64,000 nt of DNA from a virus: positions 32,001-96,000 of the IMG/VR virus record IMGVR_UViG_3300029911_000010. The stretch is one strand, 5' to 3'. A program made the translations under genes and the position numbers. Position 1 is the stretch's first letter. The number at the start of each line of letters is the position of its first letter. The notes under the pieces were generated by a model. The model worked only from the letters and a program-made list of their open reading frames with translations. It was not told the DNA's origin and did not search any database. Shown piece after piece: positions 54,923-63,510 of this stretch.

Positions 54923-55785
54923 AGATTCTCCACGACTTGTTCAACTTCGCTGTTGTCTCCGATGGCGGGAATCTGCGGATAGTGCTGTTGCGTCGGGTTG
55001 TAGACAAATGCCCTGCCGTCGTGTCCGCAGACGTCGACCGGCCCATCCCAGATATACCTGTCCAAATTAGTCTCAATGAACGATAGGCGGCGTAGAAGCG
55101 TCAGCGATGATACGCACTGCGCGGTGTTGCCGGTCTTGCGACGAAGATTTTCGTACCCCTGCAAATTGTCGCCCCGGATGCCGACCTTCATCCACCACCA
55201 CTCGTACGGGCAGTTGTACAGGTGTTTTTGCTTGTCCATCAAGCTGCGACCGATGGCGGCCGCCGGCTGGGTCTTACGCCGCAGCGCCCGAGGCAGATCC
55301 AACGCCCGCAGATCATCGGCATAGGCCACCATGCTGGTCTCGACAATCCGCGTCCACATATCCCTGTACCGCTCCTCATAGTCGATGGTGAACAGCTCGT
55401 TGCTGTCGAAGTAGTGATACATCGCCCCGCTTAGATAACACGGCGACAGCGGCATGCAGCCGCTGATCTGTCTGACCAGCCGGTCGGGATGGCTGACATC
55501 GTCGTCGTCCCAGAACATGACGTACTTGCCGCAATCCAGTGCCGCACGCAAACCGACAATTACCATGTCATGCAGGCTGACAGGCTGATGAACCATAAGC
55601 AAGGCGGCATTGCTCATGTCGTTTCTGGTGACGATTTCCCTCTCGTAGTTTTCGTCGTTGATGATGATCAACAGCTTTTTATTCAAATAGGTCTGGGCAT
55701 TGAACGACCGGATCGATCGGCAGAGAAGCCCAAGCCGATCCGGACGGCTGATGCAGATCCCGATGATTGTTCCCGAGTCAGACAT
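54919..55785 (-). CDS. GT2-like glycosyltransferase
   Basis: SIRSFNAQTY..KLLIIIND, FWDDDDVSHPDRL..Q. Confidence 0.8.
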   Translation of the reverse strand: MSDSGTIIGICISRPDRLGLLCRSIRSFNAQTYLNKKLLIIINDENYEREIVTRNDMSNAALLMVHQPVSLHDMVIVGLRAALDCGKYVMFWDDDDVSHPDRLVRQISGCMPLSPCYLSGAMYHYFDSNELFTIDYEERYRDMWTRIVETSMVAYADDLRALDLPRALRRKTQPAAAIGRSLMDKQKHLYNCPYEWWWMKVGIRGDNLQGYENLRRKTGNTAQCVSSLTLLRRLSFIETNLDRYIWDGPVDVCGHDGRAFVYNPTQQHYPQIPAIGDNSEVEQVVENL

Positions 55786-55793
55786 GGCTGTCC

Positions 55794-56678
55794 TTATTTG
55801 TTGATAGTGATAACGACGGGGCACTGGTCGATCCAAGGCCGCATGTTAAAGACGTCGGAAGGCATAGTCCCACCGAAGCCTATCTGCACGCTGGTCGGCT
55901 CGATGTGCAGCCGGGTAACCTGATCCAGCGTAAAATATTTACGTCGAATTGCCTGCACGCCGCAACGATAACAAGTTTCCGCGTGCGTAGTGATGATTCC
56001 CTCATCCTCCCAGCTTCTAAGTTCTGACGTGTCGTTGATGCGTGCCGGAAAAACCTGCATGTTGTCATTCAACACGAATGAAGCGCTGGCCTGCCAACAA
56101 CTCGGACACGATCGCACACAAACAATTCGAGAATCCAGCCACGGTTTAAGCAACGGCAAGTCGACCTTAATCCACCCACGCAACGTTGCTTCGATCATGT
56201 TGCAGCCGCCGTGATGGACGACGGTCTTGGTCATCTCGTACGGCAGCATATACTGCTGGCCGTCGACCCAGGCGTAACACACGGACGGCTGACCATCCAG
56301 ATGTCCGGTGATCTCCACGTTGGCCATCTTCGGCGAAATATTAGTGTGAATTGACGGGTTACCGCCCAAGGCAATCAGCGTGAAATATGTGTCGTGTAAA
56401 TCGGCAGCATCGTGCTTGGTCAGGTCAACTTTAGCCTCGGTACATATCAAACCGATGTGCTCATCTGCACCGACCTTCAAGCGCATCTTGCTCTTGGCAG
56501 CTGTGAAGTCGGTGGTTAGCTCCACCCTGGCGGTTACGATCGGCTGCGCCCCGTGATGCTCGCTCCACGAACCTGACATGGCAGACATGGCAGTAGTATC
56601 ATCCGGCAGCGACAGCAAGGCAGAAGGAGCGGCGGCAGAACCCAGGGCTAAACGCAGGAAATCTCGACGTGTGGACAC
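55794..56678 (-). CDS. Protein with twin-arginine (Tat)-like N-terminus
   Basis: MSTRRDFLRLALGSAAA; GGAGG RBS. Confidence 0.65.
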   Translation of the reverse strand: MSTRRDFLRLALGSAAAPSALLSLPDDTTAMSAMSGSWSEHHGAQPIVTARVELTTDFTAAKSKMRLKVGADEHIGLICTEAKVDLTKHDAADLHDTYFTLIALGGNPSIHTNISPKMANVEITGHLDGQPSVCYAWVDGQQYMLPYEMTKTVVHHGGCNMIEATLRGWIKVDLPLLKPWLDSRIVCVRSCPSCWQASASFVLNDNMQVFPARINDTSELRSWEDEGIITTHAETCYRCGVQAIRRKYFTLDQVTRLHIEPTSVQIGFGGTMPSDVFNMRPWIDQCPVVITINK

Positions 56679-56746
56679 GGTAAAACCTCCGATGAACTTA
56701 AGTGCTCGTCGGAGGTTTTACCCGAAAGGGTGAGCCAGCTCAAGAG

Positions 56747-56977
56747 TTAAGCCATCTCGACTAGACAATGTGTCGGGTCGATAAAAGGCTCTGCGACTAA
56801 TAGACGGCAAGTGGGCGTCCCGTCGTTGACGGGCTCGGTGGGGTCCAAGTCAACGGCAATACGCCGCACGAAAGCTTCGTTGGGGATCATCTCGGAGAGA
56901 TAAAACCCCAGTCCTCGAAGCTCGCGAGCGGTGATGTGCCGCCGCCGGCTGTAGGGCTGTTCCTGGTCGTTCTTCAT
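56747..56977 (-). CDS. Hypothetical protein
   Basis: 76 aa from MKNDQ. Confidence 0.5.
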   Translation of the reverse strand: MKNDQEQPYSRRRHITARELRGLGFYLSEMIPNEAFVRRIAVDLDPTEPVNDGTPTCRLLVAEPFIDPTHCLVEMA

Positions 56978-57125
56978 TGGCGGGAACCTGCATGATACCG
57001 TTGGCCTCCATACCGTTTGCTGTATCCTGGATGCAATTAGGGTTGTACGCAATCGGTGTACCGTGAAAGATACTACCCAGACTACCGGGGGCAGGTAAAG
57101 AGAATTCTAGAAAAATCCACCAGGA

Positions 57126-57494
57126 TCAGGCCATCGGGATGCTGATCGGCGGAATCAGGGCTCCGCCGCCGGGGATCAATACGTTGGCGGCGAACTTCAA
57201 GGCAAAGTTGAGAATCACCGGGACGACTGCCGCGAAGATAGCGTCGGCGTTGGCGGCAATCCGCAGCCGGTTGGCTTCCAGCAGCGCCAAAGCTTGATCA
57301 TTAACCTGGTCGAGCGTGTCCTGGTCACCGGCAGCGCCGGCGTCGATAGCAATGCCGACGATGTTCAAGGCGTAGGTCTGCAGATCACTTTCGGCACCCT
57401 GGATGATCGGAGCCAAAGCCTCAGACAACGTCTGGGCGGTGATGGTCTTGAGATCGGTAATTCCGGCTGGGGTGATACGATAAAGCTGCATCAT
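57126..57494 (-). CDS. Hypothetical protein with hydrophobic C-terminus
   Basis: Good codon bias; follows lipoprotein gene; start uncertain. Confidence 0.6.
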   Translation of the reverse strand: MMQLYRITPAGITDLKTITAQTLSEALAPIIQGAESDLQTYALNIVGIAIDAGAAGDQDTLDQVNDQALALLEANRLRIAANADAIFAAVVPVILNFALKFAANVLIPGGGALIPPISIPMA

Positions 57495-57531
57495 GGATTT
57501 TGCCCGCAGAAGAACCCACAGAAGAACACAG

Positions 57532-57936
57532 TTAGTTGGTCGCCGGCTTGGCTCCGCCAGCGGTGAGCACTTCACGTAGGATCTTGGTGTCGTTGAGGTT
57601 GGCTTGCAGCTTATAAGACGGCAGCTTGGCGTTGGCGTGGTCGTAAACGTCGGTGCGATTGCACACGTCGTTGAGCGGCGCTGAAATAGTGCTGGCCTGC
57701 ACCGTGGGGTTGACCAGCTCACTGCGGACAAAGGACGACTGGCCCAGGTCGTGCGTCCGAGTAGCCATGTCCAGCGTAGTATCGGCGTTGATGTAGGCGT
57801 CGTGACGGTTCAGCACGCGGGTGGTAGTGCCGGAGATCTTGGTGGTGTCGATCTGGGTGCTCAAGACCGAGCAGCCGGCCAGCAAGCCGATACAGAGCAG
57901 TTGAAGTACGCGAAACGATGACTTGGCATGACGCAT
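57532..57936 (-). CDS. Lipoprotein
   Basis: Signal peptide with LAGC lipobox; AAGGAG RBS. Confidence 0.75.
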   Translation of the reverse strand: MRHAKSSFRVLQLLCIGLLAGCSVLSTQIDTTKISGTTTRVLNRHDAYINADTTLDMATRTHDLGQSSFVRSELVNPTVQASTISAPLNDVCNRTDVYDHANAKLPSYKLQANLNDTKILREVLTAGGAKPATN

Positions 57937-58152
57937 GGCCGGCTCCTTGAACAACTGAGGTTAGTCTGACGGGGCAAGCGTCCATTCTTGCCTGCGGCTC
58001 AGCCACGTTCTTCCGTCAGAAAACCCTCAGCCGACATCGCCGTGGCGCAAAACAACTTTTGTCATCCTTAACTTCTTCCGCCACACGGCGGGCAACGGAA
58101 GAACGGCAGCGCTTGAAAATCTAAATTAGCAGCTCACAGTTGTCAATAGCTT

Positions 58153-58872
58153 TCACTTGAGCACCGGGGTTTGTCTGCCGTCCATAATGTACCGGCGGCA
58201 CCATTTGACCACGGCCGAGCGATGCTGCCCGTGAGCCTTGAACCTCGTGCTGATTGCCTGGGGATTGCCCCGGTCTTCGTTGGAGTACGCCAGCTTGTAG
58301 GTCCGGTTCAGCCGACCGCTTTCGGCCATCGCCGTGTAAGACAGGACGATGTCTTCGCCGTTGCCCGTGGGCACGCCGGGCAGCTCGCGGATGTGCTTGG
58401 TGCCCCAGGCCACCGCACGGCCGCACAGCCACGGGCTGGTGATCAGAGCACGAGTCAGGACGATCTCACACGGGCCAACCACCAGATGGGGCGTGTAGTT
58501 GCCGTCCAGCGTCGGCTGGCGTCCAATCAAGCCGTGAATCGTCAGCGGATCTTTCTTGTGATAATCGTGCAGCGCGTCAATGGTTGAAGCCGGCAACAGC
58601 AGGTCGTCGTCGACGATCATCACCGAGTTGCCTTCGGCGGCAGCGCCCATCATGTAGCGGGGGTACAGGCCAAAATCGTGATGAGACCTGACGTAATGCA
58701 CCTTGTCCTTCAAGTCGTCGAACACGCCTGGCGGCAAAGGGCTGGCAACGCTGGCGTCCCAGACGATGATCTCGCCGATGTTGTGGCAGCCGTGATACTG
58801 CTTGACAAAACGGATCACGTTGGCGGATCTGGCCCAGTTCATGATCACCACGGAAATGCGGTCTGTTCTCAC
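58153..58872 (-). CDS. GT64/EXTL2-like glycosyltransferase
   Basis: SVVIMNWAR, IIVWD, VMIVDDD, GLIGR, NGEDIVLS. Confidence 0.7.
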   Translation of the reverse strand: MRTDRISVVIMNWARSANVIRFVKQYHGCHNIGEIIVWDASVASPLPPGVFDDLKDKVHYVRSHHDFGLYPRYMMGAAAEGNSVMIVDDDLLLPASTIDALHDYHKKDPLTIHGLIGRQPTLDGNYTPHLVVGPCEIVLTRALITSPWLCGRAVAWGTKHIRELPGVPTGNGEDIVLSYTAMAESGRLNRTYKLAYSNEDRGNPQAISTRFKAHGQHRSAVVKWCRRYIMDGRQTPVLK

Positions 58873-58874
58873 GA

Positions 58875-59645
58875 TTAACTCCTGGCAACGGTCATCGGCA
58901 TGAAGACAGTGTGGTCCTGCCAGTCGATCAGGGTTGCCTTGCCCCAGTCGCTGCCGTTGGGATTGATGCGATTGTGAAGAAGATTGTCGTTGCCGATGCA
59001 AATGTGGATCGCCCTGGACTTGCCGATAGTCGTGTCGACGTCCTGCTGGCCGGCCTCGCTGGGGCCGCAGTTAGGCAACACGCACCTGTGGTCGAGATTG
59101 ACAAAACTGCACTTGATGTTCACGGCTTTCTCAGCCCGGAATATCAGATCGCAGTCCTCGTAGCCCCAGCCGGCGTTCATGTGCTCGTCATAGCCACCCA
59201 GCTGCGCCATCGCCGCCGCCGATGCAGCAATGCGGCCATTGCCGCCAGGGGAGGATATGACGCCCAACACGGCCTGAGGGTTACCGGGCAGGACGTGCCG
59301 CAAATTGCCCAGCTGCGACAGGTAGTCTTGATCCAGCAGACTGTCGGCATCGACGTTGACGATAATGTCGGCTTGCTCGGCCATCGCCAGGCGGATCGCC
59401 ACGTTCTTGGCGTGCGACATGATGAATCGGGGGGCGGCGAACTCACGGTAAACCTTGACGATGCCGGCATGGATGTTGTTGACCATCGTGCGGCGCACCC
59501 AATCGAACGATCCCTGACTGCAGTTGTAGTCCAGGACGATAAACACGTAGTTGTCCTCGGGACGCGTCATCGCCACATTGTTCAGCAACGTAGTCTGCAG
59601 ATTGGCCAGCCGGTCCCGGCACGTTGTGACAAAGGCAGTCTTCAT
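58875..59645 (-). CDS. GT2/GT7-like glycosyltransferase
   Basis: TTCRDR..L, VLDY, SHAKN, NVDAD, GGYDE....WGYEDCDL. Confidence 0.8.
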   Translation of the reverse strand: MKTAFVTTCRDRLANLQTTLLNNVAMTRPEDNYVFIVLDYNCSQGSFDWVRRTMVNNIHAGIVKVYREFAAPRFIMSHAKNVAIRLAMAEQADIIVNVDADSLLDQDYLSQLGNLRHVLPGNPQAVLGVISSPGGNGRIAASAAAMAQLGGYDEHMNAGWGYEDCDLIFRAEKAVNIKCSFVNLDHRCVLPNCGPSEAGQQDVDTTIGKSRAIHICIGNDNLLHNRINPNGSDWGKATLIDWQDHTVFMPMTVARS

Positions 59646-59907
59646 GACAAAACCAGGTAGGACAGGCTCACTGACCGGGGTTATGCCCCGGCTTTCCTGA
59701 GCGTGTAAACAGGAGCGTTCGCAAAGATGCAAGGGCCGGGTTACCGGGGTATCTTTTACCCTTGAGTGAATCAAAGATCCACAAGTCATCCCTGCCAGCC
59801 TGTCCAGAAGACGTCGTTACGGGTTTTTTCCCCGGCATCTTCCACTGTTTATCGTGCCGGCTCATGAGACGTCATGACACGTCACCCGCTTCCGGCACGA
59901 CCCTGAT

Positions 59908-62900
59908 TTAACTCTTAGGAGCTGGGGTTGGACCCCACGGATTGCCTCCATGCCAGATGTCCCACTGTTTGCCACCGTACTCCGGTGCCAGCGCTGCGCT
60001 CAAGCCCAAGGCTCCAGCGCCGCCCAGTGCTCCGCCGATGCCCGGCGCTCCGCCGGCACCGAACGCCAGTCCGGCTAATGACATGATCAAACCTAACACT
60101 GCGGTGATCTTTTGTGCCGGCTCCCAACTGTTATTCTTATTGAAGCCAAGTTGCTTTAACATCGGGTCCAGAAAACTCATCAATCCGACAATAGCTGTCG
60201 CCCCGCCTGCACCGCCGGTCATTGCCTTCGCCATCAACTGCGTCATTTTCGGATCACTCTTGATGATGTTGGTAATTCGCTCTCCGGCTGCATCATCTCC
60301 ACCACGATAAGCTGCAAGCTCTTTGCCTAAACTGGCGACAACCGGATCACTGCCTCCGGCAGATGCCATAATCTGAGGAGCTAGTTGTTTGACTAGCGAA
60401 CTATTGGCGAGCCGTTTAATAGCTTCGGGGTCATTCTGTTGAGCTGCTGAAATATCGCTGGCCATCTGTCGTTTGGCTGGATCGGTGGCTAACGACCAGA
60501 TATTCTTTACTCCGCTCATAAAATCACCAGCAGTCGGCTTGACCTTATCGAACGCATCGAACGCCGGACCGCCTGCCGCCTCTGTCATCCGAATCGGACC
60601 GTACGCCTGGTTGCGCACCGCCGTGGCAGCAGCATTGGGGTCTTCGCCGGGCAACGGCTTACCTTGCAAGGCGGTCTGCTGATCCTGTGCGTTTCGCCGT
60701 GCTGCCTCTAGCAGCTTGTTCGGATCGCCGTTGGCTTGCTGAATATCACCTGGCGTAAGCATGCCGCTGCTCATCGCCACTTGCGTCTTCATCTCGGGAT
60801 TGACGCCAGGCCCGGAAGCGTTCTGAATATTTCCCAGCTGCTGAGTTACACTGTCGTTCCACTGTGCCGCTGACATGCCGTGCTGCTTGGCTACCTCGAC
60901 AGCTCGTGCTGCTCGCTGATGCAAATCGTAAGCGCTGCCGACGCCAGTGGCCGTTAATGCAGCCAGGTTGGTGCCACGACCGAGGTTTCTCATCAAGCTG
61001 GTAGGCGTGCCTGCTTCCATTCCGCCAGTGCCAGCCCGAACCCAGTCCAATGTCTTAGCGACCGGACCTTCCGCCCCGATCGCCTTAGTGAAACCACTGT
61101 TTGGAGCAACTGCCTTACTGATCTGACCTAGTCCTCCTCGCAAACGGTTGGCGGAGCCGGCCAGTGTGGATGCAACTTCGGCCGGGTTGGTGTAGCCGAG
61201 CGTAGACCCCATCGCAAAGTCGTGTGTGGCCTGATTAAAACTCTGCAGCGCCTTATTTTCCGGCGCAAGCGCCCGCAGACCACTGGTGCCGGCACCGACC
61301 GCCAATCCGCCCAGCGTCATCGCCTTTTGTGCATTGCCGCCGGTCTGGTTGGGAAACAGCTTGTCCAGACTGCTGCCGGTAAAATTGCTGAGCATGGCTG
61401 TGTTGGCCGTGCGCAAATAAGGATTGGTCAGCATGCGACGTAATCCGCTCGCACCAGCTGCACCTTCCATCTGCCGGCCCACCGCCGGATTGAAAGCCGC
61501 CGCACCAGTCAAACCGCCCAGCCCTCGCCACATCAATTCGTGCTGCAGCTGTCCGGTGTTGGGATCGACGTCGCCGAAGTCCTTGCCCAGCTCAGCGCCA
61601 GTGCTCTGTCCGGCGTAACCGCCAAACAGCGTCTGGGCTGCAGACATGCCGACGTTGCCGACCTGCTTGGCCCGCTGCATTGCAGTCATTGGCGGCTTGA
61701 CTGGCGTGCCGGGAGCGGGAGCCGGCGTTTCGCCGGCCGGCGTCGCTGCTGCCGCTGTTTCGCCGGCAGGAGCTGGAGCTGGAGCAGGAGCTGGAGCAGG
61801 CGGTGAACCCGGACTCGGTGGCAACTCTGCTTCACCAGGCATGCCCAGCCGGCCCGTGGAAGGCGCTGAGGGCCTGGATGGAGCAGGCATGACAGACTCA
61901 GCAACCGGTCGCGGCTGAGGCGAAGGTTGAGGCCGCATTCGCGGAGGCGTATACAATCCTCTGGAAGGTGCGACCGGTGGCTCAAGATTCATCTTGGGCA
62001 GCGGGTTGGCCCCGTATAACATTGAAGCCGGCGGCCGCGTTTTCAGCGCCTCCTGCATCCCGCTCGCCATACCCTTGCCGGCTTCGCCCATGCCGCCCAA
62101 GCCCTTGGTTTCCTCACCAGCGCCGAACAAGCCCTTGGCGCCTTCGACCAGCGCAGGGCCTTCCTTGGCAATTGCGCCGAACTCGCTGGCTGCCTTCTCC
62201 AGCTGCTCCAAGCCGTCAAGCAGCTCGTCGATGGCCGAGGGCTCCATCACGGCAGCCAGCTTGACGATCGTGTCGGCAGTCTGGTGCAGGCTCATGCCCC
62301 GCTCAAAACAGCCGTGCAGGAAGCCGGCGGCAAACGGGGACAGCGCAAAAGCTGATTTGCGATGCTCGGGCCACGGCTTGCCGCAGCGGTTGCAATTTCC
62401 GTCGTCGCCCCGTTCCATTGATGCCCCGCAATGCGGGCAATTCTCCCCCTCATGGCCGCCTGTCTTGAATCGGCTGGTCATCGCCGTGTCGAGCATCCGC
62501 TCATTGTCCAGATCACGCTTGGTCGATCCCGGTGGCATACGACGCATAACCTCAGTCAAATCGTCGTTCTTGTGGTGTTGGTCGAGATATCCTGTGCCCA
62601 GGCCGTACAAGCCGCCCAGGCCGCCGCCAATGGCAGCGCCAGCCCCGGTATGCCCGCCAGCGATGTTTCCGCCCAGGGCTCCCACGCCAGCGCCCAGGCC
62701 GCCCATCAGCAAAGCTTTGAGCAACCCCTGCTTGCCCGGACTGGCCATCATATTGGGAATGGGAGTGGCGTCGTCCTGGATGATATCCGGCATCCAGTTG
62801 CTCTGCCCCTGCTCAACGCGGGCCTTCTCCCACGGCTCCAGATCCTCGCGGCGGTCGCCAATGGGCACAAACGACCGCAGCAGGCGTCCGGGAATGCCGG

Positions 62901-63000
62901 GGCTTGCGCCGGCGGCGGCCTTGGCCAGGGTGTCGTATGACTTCTTGTACTGATGGCGTGGCAGCCGTGCAATGCGGACAGCCTGGCTGGTCTCGGGCAT
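59908..63000 (-). CDS. Large putative ejected virion protein (Gly zippers, Zn ribbon, Pro-rich linker, K-x-A)
   Basis: CPHC..CNRC, RKSAF, VKLAA, EKAAS; hydrophobic Gly-rich segments; start MPETS after AAGGAG. Confidence 0.65.
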   Translation of the reverse strand: MPETSQAVRIARLPRHQYKKSYDTLAKAAAGASPGIPGRLLRSFVPIGDRREDLEPWEKARVEQGQSNWMPDIIQDDATPIPNMMASPGKQGLLKALLMGGLGAGVGALGGNIAGGHTGAGAAIGGGLGGLYGLGTGYLDQHHKNDDLTEVMRRMPPGSTKRDLDNERMLDTAMTSRFKTGGHEGENCPHCGASMERGDDGNCNRCGKPWPEHRKSAFALSPFAAGFLHGCFERGMSLHQTADTIVKLAAVMEPSAIDELLDGLEQLEKAASEFGAIAKEGPALVEGAKGLFGAGEETKGLGGMGEAGKGMASGMQEALKTRPPASMLYGANPLPKMNLEPPVAPSRGLYTPPRMRPQPSPQPRPVAESVMPAPSRPSAPSTGRLGMPGEAELPPSPGSPPAPAPAPAPAPAGETAAAATPAGETPAPAPGTPVKPPMTAMQRAKQVGNVGMSAAQTLFGGYAGQSTGAELGKDFGDVDPNTGQLQHELMWRGLGGLTGAAAFNPAVGRQMEGAAGASGLRRMLTNPYLRTANTAMLSNFTGSSLDKLFPNQTGGNAQKAMTLGGLAVGAGTSGLRALAPENKALQSFNQATHDFAMGSTLGYTNPAEVASTLAGSANRLRGGLGQISKAVAPNSGFTKAIGAEGPVAKTLDWVRAGTGGMEAGTPTSLMRNLGRGTNLAALTATGVGSAYDLHQRAARAVEVAKQHGMSAAQWNDSVTQQLGNIQNASGPGVNPEMKTQVAMSSGMLTPGDIQQANGDPNKLLEAARRNAQDQQTALQGKPLPGEDPNAAATAVRNQAYGPIRMTEAAGGPAFDAFDKVKPTAGDFMSGVKNIWSLATDPAKRQMASDISAAQQNDPEAIKRLANSSLVKQLAPQIMASAGGSDPVVASLGKELAAYRGGDDAAGERITNIIKSDPKMTQLMAKAMTGGAGGATAIVGLMSFLDPMLKQLGFNKNNSWEPAQKITAVLGLIMSLAGLAFGAGGAPGIGGALGGAGALGLSAALAPEYGGKQWDIWHGGNPWGPTPAPKS

Positions 63001-63030
63001 CCTTGCTCCTTTGCCGCCCATCCATGAGCG
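62997..63030 (-). promoter_or_regulatory. Three GGA motifs/CsrA-type sites in leader
   Basis: CGCTC-ATGGAT-GGGCG (63015-63030), AAAGGA SD, GC-AAGGAT-GC over start codon. Confidence 0.65.
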
Positions 63031-63042
63031 ACACAGACCATA

Positions 63043-63510
63043 TTACTCCCCAGACGGTTTCTCGACAATCACAGGACACGACACGGCGATTTGACTCGGT
63101 AGTTGATTATCGCCGGTCCGACGTATTACTGCTTGCGCATGCAACCCGAACTTCGGAATGGTCATAGCACTCAGTTTTACTTCGACGGGAAACGTATGCC
63201 CCTTGCGGTGTCGTCCGCGCAACGGAAGACCACTGCCCATTTCACGCACACGCGGCTCGTTCATGTAGCCGTCACGCAAAAGCGGATGACGCTTTTTAAC
63301 GTCGTCGGGAATGAGAATCTCAATCTTCTCGCCGATAACTTCCGAGCGGGCATAACCGAACAAAAATTCGGCCTGGGCATTGAACACGACGATTTGTCCG
63401 TCGTCAGCGATGACCACAATGGCGTCGGCGCTGGCCTCCAATGCCTTAAGGTAAATCTGTTCGAGCGCTTCGACGGAATAGTACAGCTTGTTTCTTTGTT
63501 CATTGTCCAT
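63043..63510 (-). CDS. Stand-alone PAS domain protein (FixL-like)
   Basis: DAIVVI..DGQIVVFN..AE.LFGY...EVIG..IEILIP.....RH......Y......REMG.G..LRGR..KG.TFPVEV. Confidence 0.88.
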   Translation of the reverse strand: MDNEQRNKLYYSVEALEQIYLKALEASADAIVVIADDGQIVVFNAQAEFLFGYARSEVIGEKIEILIPDDVKKRHPLLRDGYMNEPRVREMGSGLPLRGRHRKGHTFPVEVKLSAMTIPKFGLHAQAVIRRTGDNQLPSQIAVSCPVIVEKPSGE

